Of a DNA stretch of 64,000 nucleotides, positions 26,474 through 38,160 are shown piece after piece. A program made the translations under genes and the position numbers. Position 1 is the stretch's first letter. The number at the start of each line of letters is the position of its first letter. This DNA is from Podarcis erhardii. Its lineage: Eukaryota. A model generated the notes under the pieces. It had not been told where the DNA came from and did not search any database. It saw only the letters and a program-made list of their open reading frames with translations. The stretch lies in NCBI GenBank assembly GCA_964252035.1, contig OZ176200.1; one strand, given 5' to 3'.

Positions 26474-28206
26474 TGACAAGGTGATTCATTGTCTAGTGCA
26501 GTTTAAGATGTCAGTCCTTCTGGAAGGAAATGAGCGGTGCTGATTCACATGTGACTATTTCTCTATCGAAATATATGATTAAGGAATGCTTATTATTTAG
26601 AAATGGGTCTTACCCAACTGGCCTGAAATATGAGTGTTTTTTCTTTATTGGACTATAATTTATCATAACAGCATCCATAGTAACTGCATACGTTTCCCAT
26701 CCCCTATGGGATTCCTACTTCAGACACCCAAAGTGTCAGAGTAGAGATAATTTTAATACTGCTCCCCCATAGCATGCCAGGTAATTGGAATGATTTGTTT
26801 CTTGCTGATCACATCAGTTCTTCCAACAGCATATAAAAGTACCTAATAGCTTAGTGTTTAGTAACAGAATGGTTGTTCCTTTACACTTCAACCAAACATT
26901 TTACTTTGAAGTGAAGTGTGTTCTATTCTTTTCACCACAATTAACCTATGGGCATTAACTTCATTTTATTTTTTAATTGTTTTTGCAATGTACACATCCA
27001 GAAAATCAACAATAATGTTAGCCTTTATAATGTTGGATGGGTCAGAATATGAACTCTGGAGAAGTTTTTGGGAACTTTGCCTAGAATAGATCTTATACAC
27101 CTGACCTTCCAACATTATCAAGATATGTACATCTCATCCATATCTAGAGGAGCCCATAGCATCTTGAACTCTGAAGTACGAGAATAAAAGTTTGCTTTTG
27201 AACTGAACAAATATTTGATGCCTATTATCATTATAATAATTATTCAGGGCAAGGCTGTGGCACTTTTCTCTCTATGTTCCTGCTCAGAATTGACCCTTTC
27301 TATGTGGCCTTTGTGTGGCCTTAATCCTCATTCCCAACTGTAACAAAGCTGTATGTATGTACATGTATGTACATGTGACTGTGTTTGCCTTTTGCTCATT
27401 CGTTATTTCCCATTCCTCTCTCCTTTCCCTCTTTCCATTGTTTTCCGCATTCTGTTTCATATTGTAAGCTCTTTAGAAGCTTCTAGAGAGCTGTCTCTTT
27501 CTGCCTATATAACTTTGTAAGGGTCCAGGTATGCTAAGGGTGCTGAGAGGGAGAGGGGTGGTGGGGAGGTCAGCATGGTGTGGGCACTGTGGTGGAGCCA
27601 ACCTGCCACAGCAGACTCTGCACCCACACTGTGCCAACCTTCCCCACTGTCTTATCCCCCTCAGTTACCAGCAGTGACCGTCGTATGGGTAAGCCAGTTA
27701 AGTAATGCTGCACCACCTGGTTCCGCCCCACCAGATGCTACTACAGAACAGACAATACTGATCTAAATGGAGAAATAGTCCGACTTTTAACATGACAACC
27801 TCCTTGTTTCCTATATGTGGCCATATTGTTGAGGAAGAGAATTGGTTTCCATTGCCACACATTTGGCTGCTTTCATAGCTCAGCTGCTTATGTAGTTCCA
27901 GCCACAGTCCCACCAGGCTTTCTGATCCTGTCATTTGCCATGGCAGTGAAAACCCACAGATTAATTACATGTCATGGAAAGGACTGCGGTATCTTTGTTC
28001 AAACCTTCTAAATTCACAACTAGTCCATTTCACTGCAGTGGGGCTATGAAAAAGATGGTGAATGACAGATCATCCTTAAGTAACCTTTCATTAATTTCAA
28101 TACTTTTTCATATCTGTCATGTTATGATAGGAAAAAAGGTTCAAACTTATTCCACAAAAGTGTCTCTTTGGAAGATCCCCCACATCCCCATTTTTAAACA
28201 GAAATA

Positions 28207-28432
28207 CAGTGGTACCTTGGGTTAAGTACTTAATTCGTTCCGGAGGTTCGTTCTTAACCTGAAACTGTTCTTAACCTGAAGCACCACTTTAGCTAATGGG
28301 GCCTCCTGCTGCTGCCGTGCCACCAGAGCACGATTTCTATTCTCATCCTGAAGCAAAGTTCTTAACCCGAGGTACTATTTCTGGGTTAGTGGAGTCTGTA
28401 ACCTGAAGCGTATGTAACGCGAGGTACCACTG
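28207..28432. mobile_element. Tc1/mariner (Tigger-like) MITE, 226 bp
   Basis: TIR CAGTGGTACCT / AGGTACCACTG, TA TSD; about 93% identical by hand alignment to 48996-49221. Confidence 0.92.
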
Positions 28433-28712
28433 TAGATCAAATTCTGCAAGCTACCAGTCCAGGGCCTAGTCGAGCACCCTATACTAAAATGAATACCACA
28501 TAAATACAGGCATAAAAATATTTTAAGAATGACTCCAGTAGAGTTCATCTTGCATAGTCAATTTTACACCTTACTCAAATACTTGGCCCTTGTGAGAAAA
28601 TCTGTCATCTTCTTTACTCTCCAGGAGCTTATGCCAAAATCAAAATGCCCATGATACATTTTGCAGTACATTTGTGTAGCTGACATTCAAAGTAGGAGAA
28701 AGAATGATGACT

Positions 28713-29055
28713 GGTAAAAAGGTAAAGGACCCCTGACAGTTAAGTCCAGTCCAGTCGTGGACTCTGGGGTTGCGGCGCTCATACCGCTCTATAGGCCGAT
28801 GGAGCCGGCGTTTGTCCGCAGACGGCGTCTGGGTCATGTGGCCAGCATGACTAAGCTGCTTCTGGAGAAACCAGAGCAGCGCATGGAAACGCCATTTACC
28901 TTCCCGCTGGAGTGGTACCTATTTATCTAATTGCACTTTGACATGCTTTCAAACTGCTAGGTGGACCGAACAACGGGAGCTCACCCCATCGCGGGGATTC
29001 GAACCGCCGACCTTCTGATCAGCAAGCCCTGGGCTTTGTAGTTTAGTGGTTTAGA
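28713..29055 (-). mobile_element. Sauria SINE
   Basis: ggtaaaaaggtaaaggacccctgac...gcggggattcgaaccgccgaccttctgatc; collinear with the other copies. Confidence 0.9.
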
Positions 29056-29494
29056 ATGATGACGGGTATGAACCCAATATCCCACCTCCAGACTTTATCC
29101 CTCCTGTCCCTCAATGTGTGCATGCATCACAGATGGTTTTACATGAAACTCAATAATAGAAAACAGTATCCTTCACATTGGAAAAGTGGAATGAGTAGGA
29201 TAGTTCACTCTTAAGTTAATGAATGATGAGCTTCATTCATATCATTTTTCTATAATGACAACAGCAGCAAATAATGTTCATGTGGAGTGAGTGTAGGGCC
29301 TGCAATTTCCCCCCACAAATGGGACCAACAGCAGGCTCAGCATGTTTGTAATGAAGTCAGGTGAAACAGCACCAGGATTGGGGAGAAAAAGCTAAATGGT
29401 TCCTCCCTCAATGGTGCTATACCAGTTAAGAAAGCACTTCTCCAAACTACTTGAATGAGGGGAATTTGATGACAGATCTCCCTATTGTGTCGAA

Positions 29495-29737
29495 GAGGAT
29501 ATAGTAGAGTTGGAAAAGATTCAGAAAAGGGCAATCAAAATGGTTAGGGGAATGGAGTAACTTCCTTATGAGGAAAGGTTGCCGCGTTTGGGACTTTTTA
29601 GTTTAGAGAAAAGCTGAGCAAGAGGTGACGTGATAGAAGTTTATAAAATTATGTATGGCATGGAAAAAGTGGATAAACATTGTACTCCCTCTCTCGTAAC
29701 ACTAGAGCTCATCCGGTGAAGTTGAGTGTTAGAGGAT
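29495..29737 (+). mobile_element. CR1 LINE ORF2 3' fragment
   Basis: Translates DIVELEKIQKRAIKMVRGME*LPYEERLPRLGLFSLEKS*ARGDVIEVYKIMYG, the CR1 ORF2 C-terminal signature with stops. Confidence 0.88.
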
Positions 29738-31507
29738 TGATTAAGGCTGTTTGGTCCAATATGTCACATATCCTAAGACCCCCTCATCTGCTCCTTCTTA
29801 AATTTGCTTCTGCACAATGGTGCCTGCAAATTGTTATAGCTCTGCATCTACACATGAGATGTCATCTGGGGACTTAAGGGCCAGGTATTGTCTTTGTATA
29901 CAATGGAGGAAAATAAAGCAGAACAAAGTCTAACTGGGGAAGTTGGACTCCCTTTTGGAGGAACAGATTTGTGTTCACTGTTGCATCCAGAGTTGCAAAC
30001 AAGTCAGTGTGCACTACCTGAAGCAAAGTGTACCGTTGTAAACTGTGGTTGCAAAAAAGCTGTTAAAAGTAAAATAAAAATAAATATCAGGGCAGCCTGC
30101 TATTTACTGGCACAGAACGCAGATAAAAATATTCTTTTGTAATCAGATTAGCACATGAAAACAGTCCCTGTGCATAAGGGGAAAACACTTCTAAAAGACT
30201 TCTAGTGAGATATTGCCAAACGCAGTACTAATCAATTGGGACTGGCATGAATGTAAGAACCTAAGGGGACTAAGGGGCATTCTTTGATTCTTGCCACAAT
30301 GTCAGCAGCTGGAAAATGCATCTCTTGTGTCCTGTTTGCCATGTTAAAAAACAATCCACTTTGGATTAAGTGCAATAGTCTCATCATCATAATACAAACA
30401 ATAGTTAGAACACATTTGATAGCACTAATAGGACAATTAGGATGCAAGGATATTTTTGTGATTAATATCCAGTGGTGCCAGTTATTTATCATATGTGCAG
30501 AGAAAATCAACCTGGTGTATATTATTTTCCAAGCATATATAGATGCTTTCTGGATCAAAGCAGCCCCTCTTCAACCACATTTTTAAAATCGCAAGCTTTG
30601 TATTGGTATTTGAAGCCAAATGACATTATTTTCCTCAGGGCTCAATACAAGGCAGGGCTCAATCCACCTTTCTGGGACCTTTTGTAAAAGCCAGGGGCCA
30701 GACTTGGACCATGCCAACTAAACAGCAAAGCTGAAAGGTGATCTGAGGATGCACAAACATATTTTCACTTCACCCTTTTACCACATGATAAACCCTTGCA
30801 AGCTGACAGGTTTCTGTTGGCTGCTTTCATGGACATAAGAAACCTCTGACATTTCTACCATCAACAGTGGCCAAACCTGCATCAGAAATTGCACTTTGGC
30901 ACGAAAGGAGCTGTTCTGTTTTAGCTGAACCCATGAGGGTTGCAACAGTAGGAAACCATTTTGCCGCCTTAGTTTCGAAGTATAAACAAGCAGCAGACTT
31001 GAACCATATTTGAGGTAATGCTGCTAAGGTTTAAAGAAGGGACTGATGTAAGTGGCGAGAGAAGAGAGAAGCAGGCTTTCTAAGACCATCATTTCTGGAG
31101 GGATCTACCTGTTTAAGTTAATTGATCAGCACAGGGGTTAGAACAAAAGAAGTTTCCTAAAGGATTCAGGAGCCCCTACCCTGTTCTCCCACCCTCAAAA
31201 TGTTTTTCAGGATCTTATTTAGTCAGCACTAGTAGAAAGTATCTTCCTCCATGGGGCTGAAAATGCCTCCAAGTGAGTTTGGAAATTTTGGAACAAGGGA
31301 TCAACAAATGGTGATGTTATATAGTATATATATAACTATATATATATACTATATAATATGGTGATGTATATATAGTACATTTTCTACGTTACTGCAACTA
31401 ATAAACATTCCAGCACTGAACATTAACCCTAATGTGATGTACATATTTATATATTCTTCATTTTCTAGCAGCAAGATCTCTGGTATCCATCATATCTGCA
31501 TCTTAAA

Positions 31508-31740
31508 GGCCAGTGGGGTGTAGTAGTTCTAGCTATCCTAGGACCTAGGAGTCCAGGGTTCGGATCCCCACTCAGCCATGACAGGTGACCTTGGGCCAGT
31601 CACATTCTCTCAGCCTAACCTATCTCACAGGGTTGGTGTTGGGATAACCATGAGGAGGAGGAGAATGGGAACCATATATACCACCTTGAGCTGCTTGGAG
31701 GAAAGGCAGGATAGAAATGCAATAACAATAATAAATAAAA
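31508..31740 (+). mobile_element. Squam3/MIR-type SINE
   Basis: tRNA-like head ggccagtggggtgtagtagtt...gggttcggatcccc, CORE ggtgaccttgggccagtcac...cctatctcacagggtt, tail ending aataataaataaa. Confidence 0.75.
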
Positions 31741-31944
31741 CAACTTTTTTTTTAATGCAGTGGCCAAGATGTTTGGGCAAATCATCAGTGTTTGGTCTGT
31801 GCATAGACTTAGGTGTCCTCATTATACATTCTTATATTGCCTACACAGTACTGACCGGGACTGTATAAGTAAATAGATAGTTTTTAGAAACTGTATGCAT
31901 TGCTTGCTTTTAAACAGGATTCAGGTAAATGAGAGCCAATTCCA

Positions 31945-32925
31945 AATTTTCCCCAGTAAACTACATTTATTATGCCAGTTCTAATTATCATGCAATCTAG
32001 TGGTTTTAAGGCTTATGTTTTCCACACCACTGGGCATCACAAACATTAAAGCATTTTATACTGTAATTATACATCAATGTTTACACTTGGTTATACATAT
32101 ATACAGAAATTATTCACACCTTGCTATTTCCTTCCTTCAAACCAACATAATTTTACTATGAAAGCAGCTTTTTAATAAATGTTATAAGAAATACAGCAAG
32201 GCACAATTTTTAAAAATGTGGGTTTTTTTTCTGATTACCACCTCAAGAAGCATTGTAGAAAACCAAAATGTTGTACTTAATTCAGTAGAATGTTAACAGT
32301 TCTTAATATACAACACTGTGTAGTTGTTTCTTGAAGTGTTGCATAGATTAATCTTGTAAAATTAAAATGAAAGGATGCATTTGTATTTCTTTTGTGTAAC
32401 TTCCACTGTGTTGATTCAAGAGCATGAGGGACTTTTCCTTTTGCTGCAATCAAATAAAATTCCCATTCTATAACATAAAATACTTTCAATAAACAATATG
32501 CATTATACACATAAAATATCAAATTTAATACATAAAATAGGAGAATAACTGACATTTACAATTCAGAAATGGTGATCCAGAATAATAATACATTCTGTGG
32601 AACTGCAAAATCATTTAAAAAAACCCCAAAAACTTTGTGGCTGAAAAGTAAATACAGAGACATACACATTCGGAAGGGTAAGTTGTTAAGAGGTAGCTTG
32701 GGAAAGAAATCCACATGAAAGCAAATGGTTTTGTTACAAAGCAAAAGTGAAAATTGAAACAGGACCAGCATATGCATCCTGGTCACAAAACCAGCATGGA
32801 CAAATCACAGTTGGAAGGAAAATTTATCTTGGGAGTCAAGTGTAACAAAAGGCAGTGATACAATGGAATTAGAGGTCATCCCAGAGTTTAGAGGATGAGC
32901 CTGCACTTGAAATGCAGCCAAGTTT
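31945..32925 (-). other. AKAP6: AKAP6 terminal 3'UTR exon, minimal extent (true 3' end uncertain, could reach about 26450)
   Basis: Strong polypyrimidine acceptor followed by AAACTTGGCTGCATTTCAAG...CTCATCCTC...TCACTGCCTTTTGTTACACTTGACTCCCAAGATAAATTTTCCTTCCAA, resembling the recalled start of the human last exon; AU-rich, repeat-free sequence follows. Confidence 0.65.
31966..31971 (-). terminator. Candidate proximal poly(A) signal AATAAA
   Basis: Plus-strand tttatt about 960 nt into the terminal exon. Motif only. Confidence 0.3.
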
Positions 32926-33003
32926 CTAAAAGAAAAGAAAAAGGTAATAGCAGGTTACATGAAGTACATTTTCATTTACAAAACACAAGCCTGTTTCAGA
33001 CCA

Positions 33004-33037
33004 ACCAAAAATAGCTACTCCATGACGTCATACCAAT
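33004..33037. promoter_or_regulatory. Composite MEF2-like site + full CRE + CCAAT
   Basis: ACCAAAAATAGC (33004-33015), TGACGTCA (33023-33030, inside the palindrome ATGACGTCAT), CCAAT (33033-33037). Motif evidence only. Confidence 0.4.
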
Positions 33038-33336
33038 GTACTTATATGCAAAAAAAAAAAAAAAAAAAGAAGAAATGACAGGATACGAGCAACAATTTTT
33101 CACAGCCTGAGGTTTAAGTCACTATCAGAGAGATGTCTTTTTATTGATGTAGAAACTTCATTGATTTTTATAAAACAAGATTTAGTTTCAAAAGGCACAG
33201 GGGAAATAATCAAGCCTGACCTTTTCCCTCCATCCTGTCCTTTCAGGTGCCTGTGAACTTACCTTCTCTGCCTTTTGCAAGTGTACCAATCAATAGGGAT
33301 GCATGACTCAATAAAGGCCAACCAACCAAAATAATC

Positions 33337-33423
33337 TCCAGCCCTAAACCCATTACATGGAAGTAAGTCCCATTAAAATCAGGGGAACTTACTTCCAAGT
33401 AATCTGTTTAGGCTTGGGGTGTA
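33337..33423. mobile_element. Short palindromic MITE (abundant squamate family)
   Basis: Inverted arms attacatggaagtaagtccc / ggaacttacttccaagtaat; related decayed copies near 12650, 15320, 35670, 36530 and 51831. Confidence 0.6.
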
Positions 33424-34355
33424 AGTAGGTTACACAAACTATTTAAGTTATCATTTATAGCTCCCTGAAGAATAAAACAAGTGAGTCAATAAAGTGAGAG
33501 GACTCACGCAAACAGTTTGTAAATATAAGATGCTGCATTAATATATCGTGAGAGCAATGAGTGCTTTTTCATTAGGTAGAACTTTCATGGCCTGGAGTTT
33601 AGGGTTAACCTATGCAACAAAGAGTCAAAGCTTATGATGAGGATTATGAAGAAATAACCATCAGAATACAGCTAAGAGGTACAAAGTACCTCTCTCAAGC
33701 ATTTCCGAGGTGGCACTCCAGGCTTGCATTATATGCCTTCCAAATTAAGTGGAAATAGCTGCTTCTATCCAGGTACCTTCAGCTTTGATCTTATTTGCTG
33801 TAACTGACCTCTCTATTTTTATAGAAAATGGTGTTTGCACAAAATTGTATTAAAAAAAGCAAAGCACAGGCATGTGGTTTGAACTGGAACCTAATGCATC
33901 ATTGGGAAGTTTGTAGCATGCCTGTTCTTAAAACTTGTAGTAGTGGGCTTTCAATTAAAAAAGCCTCACTCTAGGACTCTATGCATTTCAAACATCTAAA
34001 CTTACATCGATATCAGGGAATTAAAAAACAACAACTGGTTGGCTAGTTGTGACTAATATGCATAAATTAACTTCAGTGGGTCTGAGTACAATTCAGTTGG
34101 GTACTAACCAGTATTTCTGCCTGGAATCAGGCATGCCGGAACAAATTTGCTGTGATATGTGATTGTCTGAGGATATATACTGAAATGAAGGATACAGAAA
34201 ACCCCCCACATATGAACCGGAATCAGTCACCCAAGAGGGTGATCTTTGAGTGGGATCTGGCTTATGCAAATGTGTTGCCTCCATAACTGTGCTCCATGTG
34301 TACAAATGGTGGCCAGTTCTAGCACTGTTGCAGGAAGAGAGGGGACTCTACCACA

Positions 34356-34547
34356 GGGAAGGGGAGATGGCTCAGTGGAAGAGCACATTCTTGCATGTAG
34401 AAGGTTCCACCTTCAATCTGTGGCATCTCCAGCTCAAAAGATGAAGTAGCAGGCAATGGGAAAGACTTCTGCCAGAGTCAGAGGAAACCATGCTAGACAA
34501 AGGGAACAAATATTCTGACTTGGTATAAGGCATCTTCCTATGTTCCT
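34356..34547 (+). mobile_element. tRNA-Ala-derived SINE
   Basis: Head gggagatggctcagtggaagagcac...ttgcatgtagaaggtt...ggcatctcca resembles tRNA-Ala(TGC); tail tctgacttggtataaggcatcttcctatgttcc. Confidence 0.72.
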
Positions 34548-37500
34548 TAAAAAATTCTACAGGTGGGGAGGGTCATGGGTCATACTCAACGCAACAGCAG
34601 AAGATTGTGAGATCTCATCTGCTTTGTATATTTATTCTTTGGAAGCTTTCACCTCCATGAGGAAATTAAAAACAACAACAGTAGTGCGGTATTAAACCGC
34701 GCCAGATGACAGGATAGAATTATCACTCCTGATATAGAACTTTTCAAAGCTGCTATTACTTTTGCTTAATGGTCAATTTTATAGCACGGTGCTAAAAGAA
34801 TGAGATTACAACTTAGATACATTCAGTGGCAAAATAGATTTGCTCACAACAGCTTTATTCTGGCTTGCAGCTGGAGCAAAAATCATGTGAAATTAGTTGA
34901 GCTACGTTGGTAAATATGCATACTGTCACCTTTGCGAACTGAGTTTATTTTTAGGGTACACATATACCATAGATAATTTTTTCTCTTAAGTATCACAGCT
35001 CCACATAAAATCACACATTTTAATGAGCTTAGCAGCACAGGTGCTCCAGGAAAAAAAAAATGGTGTTTGCCATTTATCTTTCAAATTAAATAATGTGTTT
35101 TTAAATAGTAACTTTTTTCATAATACACTTATGGGAACAACATTTATCTGTCACATTTTAAGAGATGTATTAGTAATAAATGTAAATTACCTTTGGAAAA
35201 TCAGTAATTAGGCTCATCAAAAAAATAAACAATCTGCCACCAAAAAGATAATCTTTAGCATAGTTAAGTATAATAACTGTTATTTGAATAAGTTAACAAA
35301 TTAGGATAGATTGCTTCTAATTCATTTCCCATAGCATGAGAGATGAAGTTAAAGTATCGACTAAGCTCTTACAGTGGGGGAAAGGGACTTCTAGAATCCA
35401 TTGAAAATACAGATACCAGAGCCTTCGGCAGAGAGTTTCCTTTCACTGTAACATAAACAGTACTCTGACCCAGAGTTCCCCAGCAAAATGCGCCTGGACT
35501 TCCACACATAAAGCCATCTTGAGGCTGCAATCCCACAAACAAGGGCAGTCTTAATGATCTGCAGGTGTTGTTGGATTATGACTCCAAGTATTCCTGAACA
35601 CTGGCAGTGATGGCTTGGGCTGATGAGGTTCTTAGTTCAACAATATCTGGAGGGCAGTATGTTGGCTAACCTTGCTATACAGACTAACCTGGGAGTATGC
35701 CCCATTGAACTCAGTGGGTCTTACTCTGAGTGAACGGGCAGCAGTAGTTCACTTGAATGTTAACGTTATGCTGCTCACGCCTTTGCACAATTCACACAAG
35801 CGGGTGTTTTCAGAGGTTGAGCTGGCCGTAGCAGCGACTGCACTGTCTCTTAATCTCAGGAGTTCACAAGCAGTTGCCGTGTTGGAATTTCTCCAGAATA
35901 AATGGTGCTTGTGTAAAAACTGCAAAACTGTTTTCGCTACACAGAGTGTTGTTAAAATACAGTGTGAATAAATAGTAGTGTTCTGATCACAGATAATGAG
36001 GTGGAAAAATGGGCCCATGGGATGGTACTTTATCAATGTTGGATAGCACAAGAAATGAAATAAGTTCACAGGAGCAGAGGTTGCACTGGAAATACCAATT
36101 TTCTATGGACATGTTCCCCAATCCAGCTCAAATTGCACTTTAAAAGGCATTTATGAAATACTAAATTCAAATGGGGGTGCACATCAGGATGTGTATCCCA
36201 ATGAAAGAAATTTAATGCATATAAAATATCCTCCTTTAGATGTACATGTAGTTTATGCTCAGAGTTCCTGAACCAGCAAGTAATCCACACAGGGAACTCC
36301 AAAGCTGGACTAGGGCATATAACATAGATTTATCATCAAAACACTGTCTATCTTTGCAGAAACAAATGGTAAAAAGAGAAACCTGTATTTGTCTTTGGCA
36401 GGGAAAAAAGAATCACAGAGACCTGTGGCACTTCAAAAATCATTATGTTTATTGTGACATAAGCTTTTGTAGTCCAAGAAATATTAAACCACAATAACAA
36501 TAGAATCAGATTACATATGTCTACTCAAAAAATAAGCCTGTTGAGTTAAATGAGGCTTATTCCCAAACAAGCATGTATAGGATTGTAGCCCAAAGGTACT
36601 AGTCCTTAAACTGCCGCAGACTCTTTCAACACAATCCTTTGCAGAGTTAGGCCAATGAAATTAATATTCCTCTCTGCATTTGATCAGGGCATTACTTGAT
36701 TCCACTGTGGTAGAGTATTATGTATATATCCTGTGTTACAGAAATGGTAAACATTGTAGTTCTGTTGGAACTCTCATGAAATTGCTGTGAGTGCTTCTCC
36801 CTTAGCTGTGTCATCCTCCTGTTGTTTCTACAGCTCAGGACAATGGGGGTGCAGGATCACATCATACTTGGGCACCTGCAAAAGATACCACTATCCTCTT
36901 CCAAGCTGCCCATACAGTACTTCAATAGAGAAGGGTCATTTTTCTATTTCAGTAGGGCAGTTTGCATTCCCATATAGCAATCACCGGAAAGGAATAGCTT
37001 TAGATAGTGCATTTGTTCCTTTCTCCTGTCTTACATGTTTTCTCCAGGCATTTAAGAAACTGGCTAATCTAATGTGTGTGACAGAGCAGAGAACAATAAC
37101 AAGTGTACTTGCTGAGTTGCAGAGTGCTTCCACTTACGTAGGCTTCCTGTGTGATGTGGAAGCCTGCTTTTTACAGTGATCTACATCACACAGAAAGCCT
37201 CCAAGTTACAGGAAGCACTCCAATCTAGACAGCCACAATCCAACTCACAGATGGGGATGGGGATGAGGGTGGGGGCCTAGTGCACTCATTGCTGTCCCCT
37301 GCCCTCCGCAAATGTGTTAAGCCATTTTCCTGAATGCCTACAGAAGGCTGTAGTGAGTTGGGTAACCTAGAACCAAGAGAGCAAGTGGAGATCCTCTCAT
37401 CTTAACTTTCCTTCCCCGTCAACAGAGGCAGGATCAGCTATATTCACCCTCATGGTGTGGACTAGTTTGCTGTCTCTGAGCAGAGTTACCCAGATAGGAA

Positions 37501-38119
37501 GCAAAGGGCTGTCAAGGAAAGCCCAGAATATACTAGGTGTAACACTCAGTTTCTCCCATCTTCCTTTCCCCCAACAGTGGGACAGTATTGCATCTCTTTT
37601 GAATCTGCTTCCACTGATAACTGCTGCATTGCAGAAAGAAGATTGCTACTGATTTCTCTTGGATTCATTGGGTAATTTTGCATAGTACAAATATCTGAGG
37701 AAATGCAACCAAGAAGTCTGAATCACACAAGTTCTAGTTCTTTCTTTCTTTCTTTTTTGAGCACAGATTGAGCCAAAGTACAAAATGAATGCTGTTCACA
37801 TCAGCTGAAAATAGTATTTAACTAGCTGCTTTTCACAGGGAAGGAAATATGTGAAGTGATCAGCTAGGGATCAGCTCCTGCTTTTGTGAATCTTGACAAA
37901 TAAAGGTAGTGATTTGAACGCATATTTGCCATTCTCAGCTGATGCTTGTTTATCTGAGTCTGTATCTGTATCTTAAACATAAAAGAAGTGGCCTGGAATG
38001 GTTTTTAATTCAAGAGACACAATGCTATGATCTACTCGAAAACTCTGAAAGGCCACACATTTCCTGCTTCATTATAGTCATGTCAGCAATAAGCAAAGCT
38101 CGTAGTGTTTAGTACCTAC

Positions 38120-38160
38120 CTCTTTATGAAACAATGTGTGTGTCCATGGAGGAATACATT
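38120..38160 (-). other. AKAP6: 41-nt 3'UTR portion of the large exon, ending at donor GAG|gtaggt
   Basis: After TAG: AATGTATTCC...CATAAAGAG then gtaggtact at 38119. Human AKAP6 is recalled to have a donor about 40 nt after the stop. Confidence 0.78.

Larger units (their letters stand above)
32926..38119 (-). other. AKAP6: Intron within the AKAP6 3'UTR (5.2 kb)
   Basis: Donor gtaggt at 38119; acceptor ctattaccttttcttttcttttag at 32928-32926. Confidence 0.72.

Noticed and set aside
34361-34431. tRNA-Ala gene
   Set aside because: A degenerate SINE head that cannot form a full cloverleaf.
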